Notes under the pieces: generated by a model | The model's database searches: none | Told to the model about the DNA's origin: nothing | The model's input: only the letters and a program-made list of their open reading frames with translations | Shown here: positions 32,593 through 46,782 of the stretch, piece by piece | How positions within the stretch are numbered: position 1 is the first letter of the stretch | How the letters are laid out: each line of letters starts with the position of its first letter | DNA from: Psilocybe cubensis | Lineage: Eukaryota | Assembly: GCA_017499595.2 (NCBI GenBank) | Contig: CM039005.1 | Span: forward strand, 868,001 to 932,000 | Length of the DNA: 64,000 nucleotides | Reading direction: 5' to 3' | Program-made: the position numbers and the translations under genes

Positions 32593-35497
32593 ATGCCTTC
32601 AACTGAACCACACAAACGCCTAGCCAACAAAAGGAAAATTTCAAATCATCTATCTTTATCCAGAAAAAAAGCGAAACATCAGCACCGCACGGCCGATGAA
32701 TTGCCCTGGAAGACAGTTTCAAGGCCCTCGAAAACTGGGCTTGGGGGCGACGATGGCATACTTGAGCTTGAGGAGGTGGAAGGCGTCGAGGTTATATACG
32801 AGAATACAGAGGGAGGGAGGGTCGCAAAGTTCAACGTCAGTTGCATGTTTCCACTTTCACCTGTTTGCTAAATTTATCTTGTATACTAGGTCGTCGGGGA
32901 TGTTGCATCAGAGAATGAGGAGCCCAATGAAAATCAACAGAATCATTACGATACCCCCGCTGCTGTAGAGGAAGAAGACGAACCCATATCTTTTGAAGAT
33001 TTACCTCCTTTCGATTGTGAGTTTTGTTTAGTCTATGGACGATTCTCGTTTCTCTGACATACAGCTTGTGCAAAAAGCTGAAAAGTTATTACCAGAATGG
33101 CACAAATTCCCTTTACATCAGAAAATCAAGATGGGTCTGCATAAAAAAGGTTTCCTCACACCCACAGCTATTCAATCTGCATCGCTTCCTTTTGCACTTG
33201 CCAATCGGGATGTTGTAGGAATCGCACAGACGGTATAAGCCACCTTCCTAGTCGTGATGAGTATATACTGACCCCCTCATAGGGTTCTGGAAAGACTTTG
33301 GCGTACGGCCTCCCTATTCTTAACTACATTCTATCACAACCTCGTCCATCGGCGAACCGAAAGCGACCTCTTCGTGCACTCATCTTAGCTCCTACGCGCG
33401 AATTGGCTTTGCAAGTATCTTCTCACTTAAATGCATTAGTCACTTGTATCGAATTCTCAAATAAAGGCTCGGATGTGAAGAATACCGAGCAATCAGGAAG
33501 TTCGAGCAAACCGCCTGGCAAAAAACCTCCACCCCACGTCAGCATTGCTGCCATCGTTGGAGGAATGTCCGCACAGAAACAGAGGCGGGTGATTGATAGG
33601 GGAGTTGACGTTATGGTCGCTACACCCGGACGTTTATGGGACATTTTAGAAGACGTTGGTGTCCTCTCGTCTACCCGTTTTATTATGACTGCTCAAATAT
33701 TTTTAGGACGATGAGCTCGCGTTGGAAATCAAAAACCTTAGATTCTTGGTACTGGATGAAGCTGATAGGATGATAGAGGCTGGCCATTTCGTGGAGCTAG
33801 AAAACATCCTCCGTTTGACTTTGCAGGAATCTGAGTAGGTTTATCAACTCCATTTTCACACATTACCCTCACCCAAACGCTGCAGAGATGATCAAATCCC
33901 TGACGAGTTTGAACAAAAGATCGGCGATCCTGAAGAACAGGAAGAGGACGCAAAAAAGGACATCAAGGATAGCCTACAAACCTTCGTTTTCTCTGCTACC
34001 CTGTCAAAAGACCTTCAGCGGAATGTGAAGAAAAAGTTCCGACCCAAAGGGAACAAGAAACACTACAAACGAGATCAAGCCCCGGCTACTACCCTAGGTA
34101 GACATTAACGCTCAATTTTTGCCCATATATCTTGACATTTTTCCAATTCAGATGACCTTTTACTTCGACTTGATTTCCGCGATCCGAACCCGGAGGTCAT
34201 CGATTTGAGCCCCGTTGGTGGTGTTGTATCAACTTTACAAGAAGGAAAGATTGAATGTTTATCGGCTGATAAGGTGTGTCTCTACCTACTCGTACGCAAT
34301 CAGCAAATTTGAACTTGATTCTATATTCGGCACCGCTCAGGATGTATACCTGTATTATTTTCTTTTGCGCTATCCTGGCAAATCCCTGGTGTTCCTTTCT
34401 TCAATCGATGGCATCCGAAGGCTCATGCCTCTCGTCGAACTCCTTAACATCAATGTCTATCCTCTTCATTCTCAACTGGAACAGCGCCAACGTTTGAAAA
34501 ATTTGGACAGGTAATAATTTATTGCTAGCAATCAATCAGTAATAACATCGTCCAAGTCTAACATAGTCCTTGCTAGATTCACGAACACGCCGAACTCAGT
34601 TCTGCTCGCGACGGATATCGCTGCGCGCGGACTTGATATCCCGGCAGTTGATCATGTTATTCACTTCCAAATACCGCGGTCTGCAGATACATACATTCAT
34701 CGTAATGGACGCACGGCTCGTGCTATGCGGAAGGGCTTTAGTATGTTGATGGTTTCCCCGGATGAACGGCGTGTAGTACGGGCTCTTCTGAGCAACCTAG
34801 GTCGAGGTGGGCACTCTTCATTATTCATGCACTATATTTGATATTCTGACTGTAATTAGATGAGGCGGAGATACCTGAAGTCACCGTCGACTTGAGCATG
34901 CTAGACAAACTCAAAGTTCGCGTCCAATTAGCTCGAAAGATTGAGAATACCCAGCACAAAATCAAAAAGACGAACCACGATCGGAACTGGATGCGAGAAA
35001 CTGCTGAGACTCTGGGCGTAGAGTTGGACTCCGACTATATCAGGTACAACAATAAGATATCTGTGCCTTTGTCCCTGGCTGACGTGTGTTTGTTTGACCG
35101 CCGGCTCCCAGTGAATCGGACGATGACGATAAGCTTTCGACCAGGAAACGAAAAGCGAAGGATCAGAAAATGGCCGCTATGAAAGCCGAACTCAAGCATC
35201 TCCTTTCTCAGCCTTTGATTGCCAAAGGTGTATCGACCAGATATATAACATCTGGGAGCAAGCCAATCGTGGATGACCTTCTTGCGGGAGGCTGTGAGTT
35301 TAAATCAGTTTTCTTCTGGTTGAAGTTACTCATACAGTGCCCTTCTAGTCAATGAAACCATGGTAGGGCTAAAGAAGGCGGAAGCTGGAAGTGAGTTGAC
35401 GAAGGCAAAGAAAAAGAAACCTGCTATAGTTGCTAAGCCACTCGCCGCGGTTAAAAAGGAAGAGATGGAGGAGGAATGGGGTGGGATCACAGCCTGA
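32593..35497 (+). CDS. MAK5: ATP-dependent DEAD-box RNA helicase MAK5/DDX24
   Basis: LPWKTV and [12 protein letters not shown]-terminus, Q motif [69 protein letters not shown]. Confidence 0.93.
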
Positions 35498-35671
35498 ATG
35501 TATAGTCGGAAATACTGTTATAATACATACAAGTCTGATTGTCACTTGTATGCCTTCTTGAGTGATTTTGTCGGGTCGCTAACCAGACAAGATAAGATAA
35601 GATGGGTTTGTTTGTCATTGATTGGTAAAGGGTACAATCTCGCTGATTGGGAAGTGGCAGTGCAAAAAAAG

Positions 35672-38600
35672 ATGAAGGCCAACTACAAGGTAACGCACAC
35701 AGAGTTTTGCATTCCAAGAATTTCAACTGATGATACTAGTAGTTTTCCAACATATGTGGAACGGTCTATAGACAAGGCAATATACTGTTTACTCGCGATG
35801 GCAACTCATTATATAGTCCTGTTGGAAATCGAGTTTCGGTCTTCGACCTTGTAAAGTGTGTTATGAACCGTTCATCTGTAACCTATGGATTTTGACATGC
35901 ACGTTTTCATGCAGTAACAAGTCGTTCACTTTTGCGTTTGAAAACAGAAAGAATATTGCTGCTATTGCGTTGAGTCCGGATGGAAATGTTCTCATATCAG
36001 TGGACGAAGGTTTGAATTTACTTGGAGAATTCTTGTGTGCCATTGCCACTCACTTAACAATATGCAGACGGACGCGCCTTGCTTGTGAATGCTCGCAGAG
36101 GTGTTGTCCTTCATCATTTCAATTTCCACAAATCGGTCAAAGACATTCAATTTTCGCCCGACGGACAGTACGTGCCATTGAACATGCTTACAATCATTAG
36201 GTTGACACAAATTTCAAAGATACATTGCTGTGACCCATGGTGCTCATATTCAAGTGTGGAGAACGCCCAACCATCTTTTGCGCGAGTTTGCGCCTTTCAC
36301 CTTGCATAGAACATACACGGGACATCATGATGATGTTTTGAGTATCCAATGGTCTCCAGACTCGCAGTGCGTGTTTTTTTACGCACATGTAACCCTGATA
36401 TTGATACTTGTCTGAAGATGTTTCATTACCACATCGAGGGATATGACTGCCCGACTTTTCACCCTAAATCCACTAGAGGGATTCCGTCCAAAGACTTTTG
36501 CTGGCCACAAAGATGCAGTGATAGGAGCATACTTTTCAGCTGATGGCAATGCGGTGAGAGCAGAAAATTGATGCTGTGCGACGCTTTTGTTGACCTTCGG
36601 ATCCTGAAGATCTATACCGTAAGCAGAGACGGAGCAGTTTTCACTTGGAAGGCGAAAGAAACTTCGGACGACGAAAACTCAGACACCGAAGACACACCGG
36701 TTGCCTCAACATCAAACGGCATTTCTCGCGATCTGCTCAATCGAATTGCTAACACGAGATGGGGTGTACATAAGCGCAATTATTTCAGCCAACCTGGTAC
36801 GAGAGTCGTATGCTCCACCTTCCATGCTGCTTCCAATCTTCTCGTTGTCGGATTTTCGACGGGTATCTTTGGGCTATGGGAGATGCCTTCCTTTTCGAAC
36901 ATTCATACGCTGAGCATATCGCAAGAAAAGATATCTTCGGTCGCTATCAGCCCGTCAGGAGAATGGTTGGCCTTCGGCGCTCGTAAATTGGGACAGCTAC
37001 TCGTTTGGGAATGGCAGTCCGAATCGTATGTCCTGAAACAGCAAGGCCATTACTACGACATGAACACTCTCGCCTACGCGCCGGACGGCCAGACGATAGC
37101 AACTGGAGGCGACGATGGCAAAGTAAAAGTGTGGTCGACATATTCGGGATTTTGTTTTGTCACTTTCACCGAACATAGTGCTCCCATCTCCTCCGTCGCG
37201 TTCGCCAAACAGGGCAGTGTGCTTTTTTCAGCCTCCCTAGACGGCACTGTGCGAGCATATGATCTCATCCGATACCGTAATTTCCGAACTTTTACCTCGC
37301 CTTCACCAGTTCAGTTCTCCTGCCTGGCAGTCGATCCATCCGGAGAAGTGGTCGCGGCTGGTTCGACAGATTCCTTCGAAGTGTTTCTGTGGTCCGTCCA
37401 GACGGGCAAGCTGCTTGATGTGATGGCAGGTCATACCGGTCCTGTCAGCTCTCTTGCCTTTTCGCCTACAGGCGCCAACCAACTGGCCAGTGTATCCTGG
37501 GACAAGACTATGCGTGTTTGGAATATCTTTGGCCGTTCTGGTGCTGTGGAGCCTTTTTCATTAAATTCCGATTGTCTGGCTCTTGCTTTCCGACCAGATG
37601 GCAGGGAAGTTGCCGTATCAACTCTAGATGGTCAAATCACATTCTTTGATATCCAAGATAGCAAGCAAACCAACGTCATCGATGGTAGGAAAGATGTATC
37701 GGGTGGACGAAAGTTGGATGACCGAGTTTCGGCTGCGAACAATGCATCGGGAAAGTCATATAATAGCTTGGCCTATACTGCAGACGGTCGTTGTCTTCTT
37801 GCTGGAGGAAACAGCAAATATGTTGTCCTATACGACGTACGAGAAGGAGAAGGCGTTATGGTTAAGAAATTCCAGATCTCAGAGAATCTGTCACTGGACG
37901 GAACACAGGAGTTCCTGGACAGCAGGCGGATTAACGATGCGGGGATTAATGTCGATCTTATTGATAATAGGGATGGGAGTGATCTTGAAGATAGACTAGA
38001 CACGAGTTTGCCAGGGGCTAGCCGTGGTGCAGGTGACATGTCAATTCGTCGGTTCCGCCAAGAAGCGCGCACGAAGTGCGTACGATTCTCTCCAACTGGG
38101 CGCGCTTGGGCAGCAGCTTCAACGGAAGGACTCCTTATCTATTCACTTGATGAATCTGTAACCTTCGATCCTTTCGACCTGACCATTGATTTGACCCCGC
38201 AATCCGTTCTCCGCGTACTGGGCGACCACGAATATCTCAAGGCCCTTGTTATGGCTTTCCGCCTCACTGAAAAACCCCTTATCCAACGGGTGTACGAATC
38301 AATACCACGTGCAGACATTCGCTTGATTGCTCGCCAACTCCCAGTGATATACGTTCCTCTTCTTCTCAGGTTTGTGGGAGAGCATCTCGATAAAAGCCCA
38401 CACATCGAATTTGATCTTGTGTGGGTCAACACTCTTCTTATGACACACGGACGCCTGCTTCGTGATCGCTCTGGGGAGTTCGCTAGTGTCTTCAGAGTCC
38501 TCCAGAAGGGGTTGGGTGATTTTGAACAATCTATATCAAAATTGTGAGTTGTCCTTTTTTTGTACTTCGGTTGCGAGTCGTTCCAAGGGTCACCCGAGCA

Positions 38601-38788
38601 TAACGCATTGTCTTCTTTTCTCCTTCTGTCGCTGCATATATCTTTGCTTTTAATTATTGCGTAGTTCGTCTACTCACCATTTGCGTCATAGGTGCGAGGA
38701 GAACACGTCCACGCTTTCATACCTAATTGACCAGGTCAAGGTCAACCAAGAAAAGGATGACGAGATAATCTCGGCGCCATCGTCGTAA
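35672..38788 (+). CDS. PWP2: WD40 SSU processome component PWP2/UTP1
   Basis: MKANYK|FSNICGTVYRQGN start, GEWLAFGARKLGQLLVWEWQSESYVLKQQGH, AYDLIRYRNFRTFT, FSPTGRAWAAASTEGLLIYSLD, FDPFDL. Confidence 0.96.
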
Positions 38789-39348
38789 TACGGCTCTTAT
38801 CTTACTATACAATCTAACCTTTTTTAATTTGGCTTCGTCGATGTTGTGATAATCTGCTGAATTGCAAAACTTGGTCATTATTGATTGGTTGCAAGATATT
38901 CGTTCCTGGCTCGTTGTACTATTGGTGTATGCCGTCTAGGCTTGCTGTATCAGGTTTTATTAAGGCTTTCTTGAAGCATCTAGCTTCTGAATCAACGCAT
39001 AGTTCACTTCATCATGTCGTCCATCCCCAGCATGAACTTCTTTTAAGATTTCATTTCATTTGAAGGTAACGTCTAGGCAAGATCACGATACGGATTTACT
39101 GGGATGTCATTCGTACGTTATGATGAGCCACGAGTTAAGACAATTTACACATTTGAATCTAATACAAATACAGAGGCCAATACCAAGTAAAAATACATCT
39201 GCAACTTTAAAATATCACAAGGAGCGAAGATGAGAAGATACAAAATGCGTCGTCAGTACAATATATTGACATCGGATAGACGGCAAATTTGTGTTCGCGT
39301 GCCGATACATGCGCCTCGAGACCACCTCGAGGTATATATTCCATCACT

Positions 39349-39691
39349 TCACTTTGGAACAGTGTATTGAGAAGCGCGGCTCTCAATCTCTTTTGCTACG
39401 GTTGGGGAGATTGCTTGTTAGAACTATCCAACGAGTTTAAACCTTGACTCACCTCGGGCACGCCCAGCTTTGCTCGAACCTTCGGCTTTGTACCCAGCCC
39501 AGTACACAAAACCCGTAAGGCCAGCCAACGCCCCAGCTCCCCAAAGCTGCAATGATGAGCGTAAGAGACGGGAGAAGGGACATCTACAGCGTAGCGATGT
39601 TTACCATTGTGTTATCTGACGGTCCAGGACCGTTGTTCATCAGCCTATTTCCAGTGGCGCCAACGTTGCGCAGAATGCGTGAGGCAAACAT
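39349..39691 (-). CDS. 75-aa single-TM microprotein with a mitochondrial presequence-like N-terminus
   Basis: Exons 39691-39605, 39546-39453, 39395-39349 with GT-AG introns of 58 and 57 nt. They splice in frame to MFASRILRNVGATGNRLMNNGPGPSDNTMLWGAGALAGLTGFVYWAGYKAEGSSKAGRARAKEIESRASQYTVPK. Confidence 0.75.
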
Positions 39692-42600
39692 TTCGAATAG
39701 AGTATGAGGACTGGCTGGAAGTATTGAATAGGATGTGGTAGTAGGATTGGTACTGTGGTGAACGTCAAGCGCAAATTTACATCAAGTGTCAGACATGCTG
39801 ACAGAAGTGTATATATGTGGGGGTGGATCTATTGCGTCACATATGAATGAATCTGTGTTACTTTGCTCCTCAGAACTCAATTACAGTGAATACAGACTAA
39901 CAGTATTTTTGTTTCTGTTGCGCAGTCAGCCGAGACGCGGCGCGTCGCGCTCCACAGTCCACGTGATTGTATTAGTTTGACACGTGACACTAACGCGTAA
40001 GTTCCGACGACTGCCGACCGTGGAAAACGATCAAGGCTTGTCAAACAGACTTCAAACAGAACCAACTCCAGAGTCCAAACCAGCTCTTTGTTCCCAACTG
40101 AACCATGATGCACGGTTCTTCTTTTCATATCCTTCCCTAGCATCGATCATACTAGCTCTACCCATGGTATTTTCACAATTAATCCTCGCCTAAGGCGTTT
40201 TCTTTCATGCCAATCCTTTGACATTTCAAATTCAGGCTTTGGTACCGTGGTACTTTCTACCATCTGCGCATCCCTTTTGCAAAGCGAATGCTTTCAATAA
40301 TGTAAGAAACCATGCAGACCAAGAACCGTTGCCAGCAACACCCAAGAAGAAGTACATTCACTCCATTGCAATTCTGGTCGTCTTTAGGCGAGTACCAGGG
40401 AACCGACCACGAGTTAAGCATGCTGAGTGACATTTACTTATTCTAGTCTAGTCTGGTGTAATTAATGTCTTTTGTAGATCTCTGTTATGCGTTTCGATGT
40501 TGGCAATATTTTTGGGCCATAACTAACAATCAACGCCACGGAACAATCGATAGAGATGAACCTTAATGAATAGACTACTATACAAAGTGAGCGGGTCGTA
40601 ACTACTTTGTCAATGCACAGATTCTCTGGAGAAACATTTTTGCAACATCAAGGTTAGTTGCTACGCTGATCTCTTGTTTTCATATCGACTATGCGATTCT
40701 TGGCTTTGGTTCTATCTCCCCCGATTGAAGAACTTGTCCCTTCACAGTGCCACGCTATCGCAACGTGGGCTTACGTTCCACTAGCCGAAGCGCTCGTGGC
40801 GACCTTCACAGAACCAGAAATTACGAATAGGTCCCCTTTCGAAGAGCTCGATAAACACAATTGGCCTGGTACGACATCTCACAGTGAGATTTTGTTATTC
40901 GAATGACCATGAGAGGCATTTGGAAGGCAGTGGCGCGATATCATGACTTCAAATCATTGCATACTGATATTCTCTATCTCCGCTGTCCGACGTTGCAGAA
41001 CATACAGAAACTTTCCGAATGACATGAGGGGCCAAAGTTTATCGCAGCAATCGCGGTCGGGATTATGATCAATGTCACCAATCTGTTATTCCATCATTGA
41101 ATATGGTCTACTTTAGGAACCCTTCATTCGGAGAACTCATTTGACGGTGCTTTACACATGACACCGAACGTAGGTCAGTGACAATGCCCTTGATGCGGTG
41201 AGCGGTGAGCAGGAATTACTCCATGTATAGTTTCAACAGCAGCGAAGAATTGCTCCGCTCCTATTTCAAGCACTCTTCCCTCCAGTGTCCGTGCTCATTG
41301 CTCTATTTGTAGGTCTTCTGGCTGTGTAATGACCTCATTTTGATCATGTCATTGACAAGGTCCCGTTCAATCATTTCTCCCACTGTGCGGGGGTGATCAA
41401 CTGTCTTTATATATCTACCTTATCTCACATCAAATATATACGGTGGGTCATTAAAGAAAATATATGATGTTTGCTCTGTGAGAATACGCCATAGGAAAAA
41501 AGGTCTCTCTATACTCCGATATCAGCACTGCCCTACGCCTCGGGGGTGATGGAAGCTTCCAGGAGAGTCATGTCAAGTACACTTGAGACGAACGTGTTCT
41601 CCGTGATTTATAGACCATGTTGTCCTGCTGATATACTATTGGCTCGCCACAACTTACTCTTCCAGATAATGTCTATCGTGTGTACCAGCAATAACACAAT
41701 CCCCGACTATAAGCGCCGTTGACGTTCTCTATCTCACGTTGCCCGTCTTTCGCTCTGCCTCTCTCTCGGCTGCGTAATCTTGGGAAGCATATACTGAAAT
41801 GTCACTGACATATCGAGCACGAATCTGTCAAAAGCTCGGACATCAGTATATTGAACGCATGTTTCTATTCTCTGCTTTACACTTTCGAGGGTTCTACGAC
41901 TGCGCAATCACCTTCGAGTTCTTTTCTAGTATACAGCCAGAGGCACTTGTCATTCACCATATCATCTTGTAACGACGCAAACAAAATAAGTTGCGAGGTA
42001 GGGTTGACGTATCAAATACCGAAGAAGCATCTTCGCGGCCAGTTCGTCTGAAGGTGAGATGCATCCCAAACAGATGGAGGGTAGTCAAGGAGGGCGACCA
42101 GCTCGCTTCATAATAAAGAAATTCATTCTCAGGCATTTTCCTTTGGGCCATTGGCCTATGCGTTCGCCATATGCTCATTGAAGTCGTGGAACACCTCAAA
42201 GAATTTACGCCTTAGTGCATTTATCGCTTGTTCCATTATTTGGGCGCTTATTGAATTCAAAATTATCAGTAAGACGGGCATCAGTTGAGTAGAGGAGCAA
42301 GTGAGAATGTAAACCAAGTCATATACGAAGACGTCATTTTGGAGACTGTCAAACCACTTGGCATCAAAAATAATTGGAACTGTAGAAAAATATGGGTGTA
42401 TAGTATATAAGCAAGAGCAGCCAGACTGAACAGCAGTCTACCAGTAGCAACATACAAATTCCAACGAAATTACAAGTTCGCCTGTCCATTATAGTAAATT
42501 TATACAAAACTACTACATAGCAGCACACGACGTCTTGCACCCACCGTACGTACATCCACTATCCAGAAATAGACGCGACAAACTCAAAAATAAACGTTGG

Positions 42601-45600
42601 TGTTTACACCGTGTGGCGATCCTGTTCTTATTCTTAATGGTCAACCGGGCACGGATCAAGGCGGTAGGACGGTGCGGGAGATACTCACAATCAGTCGTCA
42701 CTAGTCACTATTTACCTATTTACCACGCCGACGGCCGCACCACAGTTCCCCGGGTTGTCCTTGCCGTCTTGCCACTCCCACTTCCTCCCGGCACGCTCGA
42801 GCATCTCTTGCGGAGAAACTCGGGAAAATACACTGCAAAGCCTCGGAAATCGGAATCCGATTTTTTTTGAATTACATACCGTAATGTCCTTATTTCTGCA
42901 GTGCGCCGGACCCTCGAGGCAAAAAAGCTATAAAAGCTATCATTATCTAGGTTATCTGATTGCATGCTGGTTCATTTTGAGTGATAGTTTTTAGCATTTC
43001 ATACCTCTATGTAAGGTTTTTTATTTGCCTCCTTGAGAGATGTTAAGTAATTTTAGCTTTGTTTTGGCTGCACACAGGTACACCGGACTGGCCGACGTCA
43101 CCGAGCGTTTAATGGACAATGAAGGACCCATCGACTTAGACAGGTACAAATAACACGCATTTGATTCCGCGTTGAGATAGCCGCGCATGAACATCCTTCG
43201 CCGTGCATCGATTGGTAGTATGTATCCTGCGAATGTTTGTGAAGGTATTAGTGGAGCACCGAGAGTAAGCGCACTGCGGACATTTCCTTTCCTGCTCCTG
43301 CTCCGCATAAAAAATAAAATAAAACTCAGTTGCATAGTCATACTTTATTATAATTAATAGTACGCACGACACGGCCCCGTTTTGCCTCGAGTTTCCGATC
43401 AGAAGCGCATTTTCAGGGGAAGAATATAACTCAAAGAATAATAAGAGCTTTTAGCTCCTGACCCCACACCACTGGCAAACGCAGTCCTCGTGGACATCAC
43501 GCTCTATGGGTCGCCTTGGTCCAACAATTGAGATATAGAGGGGCATACCTTACCCACCAGAGATCCGCCTGCAGCTTCGCCCGTTGCCCGTTAATTTAGC
43601 GTCGGTAGCGCCCGACACGCAGACGCTGTGATTCATATTCGTATATATTGAAGCTTGAGCCTCTCGGGGTGATGCTCACTACCGTCCTTATTACTGCAGA
43701 GATGCACAAACGGAGGAGGTTCGAAGAGCTTCTGCCTACTATAGTGGGATCAGAGCGTCAGATGGACTCTCAGGGAGCATGGGACCACGGTCATTAGGTA
43801 GTAGCTGAAATCTGGGGTGTGCTTCGTCCTGTTCCTCTGAATCTGTGGGTGTCAGTGCAGATGTGGCTCGAGGTCTCGGTCGCCGCCCGGTTCTAGAAGA
43901 TAATCAGAGTGACTTAGTGAGTGATTATATACAAGAGACGGAGGAGAGGATTCACATACCTTCACCTTCGTTTGTAGTCATAGGAAGCTGTCCGTCCGTT
44001 CGTTTAGAACTTGCCAGATGCCGCTGCATGCATGCACAGCGGGGGTGGGGACTCCCCGAGTGTCCGTTTCTCTTGCAGCTGCCTGCTCGACGTTCCGCGA
44101 CGTTTTTGGGGGTATCCTCGAGGCGCGCAGTTCACCGAAACTCTCAGATCTCAGGCCTCAGTCAGGCCTAGACCCTCCTCGGCGTCCTTCGGATAGTAAA
44201 GAATGCTGCATTAAAGTCTGAGGGACTTCCTACGTAGAATCATCTCAAGCTGATCAATTTGGAGTTGATAATCAACGCCCGAGAACATCGTAAAAGTGCT
44301 GCTGCGTACTTCCAGGACCTAGAGGAGGAGAAGCAAGTGCACTTCGTATGGCCGGTCATTGAATACCTACTACTATAAACTCGCGGCCATTATCTTGAAA
44401 TTAGAGCCCCAATTTAATTATAAACGCGTTAGCCGAGCTCAGGTGGTCTGTAGATGAGGCGAGTTACTGCAATGCTACGGTCACACAAGGTCAGAGTATC
44501 GAAATAATGCCAGGTTGTTTGGATGGAAAAGTGCGTACCCGCCGGCTTATTTACCGTCTCAAAAGCTGAGAAAAGAGATGCAGCGAGAGTTCTGAGCTGG
44601 ATATACGCAGCGGAGCATTTTCCTTGAAAGAACCGTTGATTCAGCAGGCAGGCTAGGTCTCCAGACCAGACCTCCAGGAATGAAGAATCTACAAAGGCTT
44701 CTCGGGTATCACGGGAGGGACATTAAAGGTGTCATTTATACGAGGCTGCAGGCGCCTGTGTTCCTGTGGAAATCCCCGAGGGAAGAGGCATGCCCGTAGG
44801 GCACTGGCTAGAATATTAACCTAGATCGTACTTTTGGAAACCGCAGAAGTAGACGGTCAAAGAGGACGATTTAATTTCCTTTGTGCACGCACACATATAC
44901 CCAAAAGAAATTCAGGGTGCTTTGAACCTTGAAGAAGAAGAAGCGAGCTCTTGAGGCGGCTCGGTAGCTGGCGAAAGAGGGACGTAAGATGATGCCAAAG
45001 GTTATCTGCTGAAAGGTTGCTAACCTGTTGCATTTAGAGGATTATTGGTGTCATGTCATGATACACGGCAACAAAATAAAGAAACGAGTTGCAAAAACTG
45101 CCGTGAATGTGTCAGTGCTATTTTTAGAACGACAAGGAAGAAACTAGTTGTAGGCACTTTTGAGAACTGAGATGAACGGTGAATTCAACAACCTCACAAT
45201 ATGTGGGGGCCACGTTTATGTGGTAAAGGAATTAGGTAAAAAGCACGTTTTTTTTACAGGTAGAAAGGTTGCGGATCTTGCAAAGAAATTTGAAAGATCG
45301 GTTGTTTCCCGAATGTCATTCATGGCGACTTTGGTGTTCAAAGCAGAGCGGAGTCAAAACGGAGTCGGAGTAGATTATGCGTGTGTGTGTATGTGTTCCC
45401 AGCTATTTTACTGCGCATTCACGGGATACGAGCTCATCTGGGGAATAAGAGAGTCCGTAATCACATCGTGGTCTTCGAGGCTGTTCCTTGAGTCGGGTGC
45501 CCATTCAGCGTGATCCGACATCTGTAATCACCCGTATAATTGATAATCAACGAGGGTGCAAAACTGAATGAATGTGCGGACCTGTGACAAAGAAAGGTTC

Positions 45601-46471
45601 ACATATCTTCTCGTTTTGCCGTTTGCGCGCGCGCGTCCGTGCAGATGACAGAGTGAGAGCAGACGATTCAGACGACTCGTGGGCTACTACCACGAGTCGA
45701 AAGAGGGCTTTCTTGTTGCGAATTATGCTCAGACCCAACGGACGATTGGGAAGATCGAGTCGTGTGCTTGATTATACAGACCAGGAAATATGTCAGATCA
45801 TGACGATGATATGTTTTCTTCGAACACTAGCACAGGATTTGAGGAAGCATTTGTTCAGTAGCAATTATAGAGTGCCCAACAGGTTTCATGACGTCGTCAC
45901 CTGAAGGTCAGGTTTGTTCACACCCAAAGTTACTTTCCAGTTGGATTCGTTTTTCCGAATTGAGATGGACATGGACATTGGACCGTTATCAAAGTGATCT
46001 TTGTCTGACGCAAGCTTGACAAGAAAATGAGGAAGATTGTGGATATTTCGCGATTCTCCAATTCGCAAAAAGTGTGGAAGTTGGATTGGCGCTGTATGCG
46101 CATCATAGGAAAAGATGATTCAAGAACTCCAAGCCTCGTTTGACTGATGTCAGTTGGGGCGTGGCCTTGCGCAGGACGAAACGCAGACGGTAATCGATAA
46201 ACAGGATAGATGGGCCCGATATGGAAGGCGAGGACCCGGTTGTGAGCTGGAGAAATGAACCGGCTCGGTTGACTGGAGAGATCTGGTTGGCGATCTATGC
46301 ACGCATATTGACCGAGTTTGTATGATGAAAAGGTATAAAGTCCCCCGACTTGACTTGTCATTCATTCTTCAATTCTCTCCTCGTCCGTTATCCAGCCAAC
46401 TCTCCCCTTTCCCCAATCACTTTTTCAAAACGTCCGCCTACAATCCCCAACACGTCCCCGCCCCTCACAAA

Positions 46472-46782
46472 ATGCCGGGTGCTGTCGTCGGAAATGCTAC
46501 GAGAATCTGGGAGTTGAACGTCCACTGGGCTCTGCATAGCCAGTGTGGCATATGGGATCCCAGAGGGCGCGGTGTGGATATCTGGGAGTGTATACGAGAT
46601 CGTGAGTCCTTCCACTGTCCCTCTCATTCCTGCTTTTCTTACCCGTCTTCCAATCTCCAGATGACTCGACTCCCGGAACTCAGGTACTTGACCCACCCTG
46701 TTCCTCCTTCGACTTTTTTTCTGATTCTCCCTTTCTGCAGCCTCCCAATGTCTTGTACTGGCGATACGTCGCGCGAAGATGA
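46472..46782 (+). CDS. 64-aa Trp-rich protein, CBM5/12-like
   Basis: Exons 46472-46601, 46661-46683, 46741-46782 splice to MPGAVVGNATRIWELNVHWALHSQCGIWDPRGRGVDIWECIRDHDSTPGTQPPNVLYWRYVARR. TATAAA near 46334, CT-rich leader, AAAATG context. Confidence 0.8.

Noticed and set aside
33233-33281. C/D-box-like GTGATGA...CTGA in a MAK5 intron
   Set aside because: The boxes are only about 8 nt apart in an intron of about 50 nt, and the CTGA is the branch point.
38544-38691. Longer final PWP2 intron as a snoRNA host
   Set aside because: No recognisable C/D or H/ACA boxes; a covariance-model search would be needed.
42810-42870. Cluster of CGG/CCG triplets as Zn2Cys6 binding sites
   Set aside because: Too short and degenerate to support without conservation or binding data.
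40000-46300. Numerous 60-140 aa ORFs in the gene-poor stretch
   Set aside because: No recognisable motifs, mostly non-ATG starts, and no consistent exon chain.
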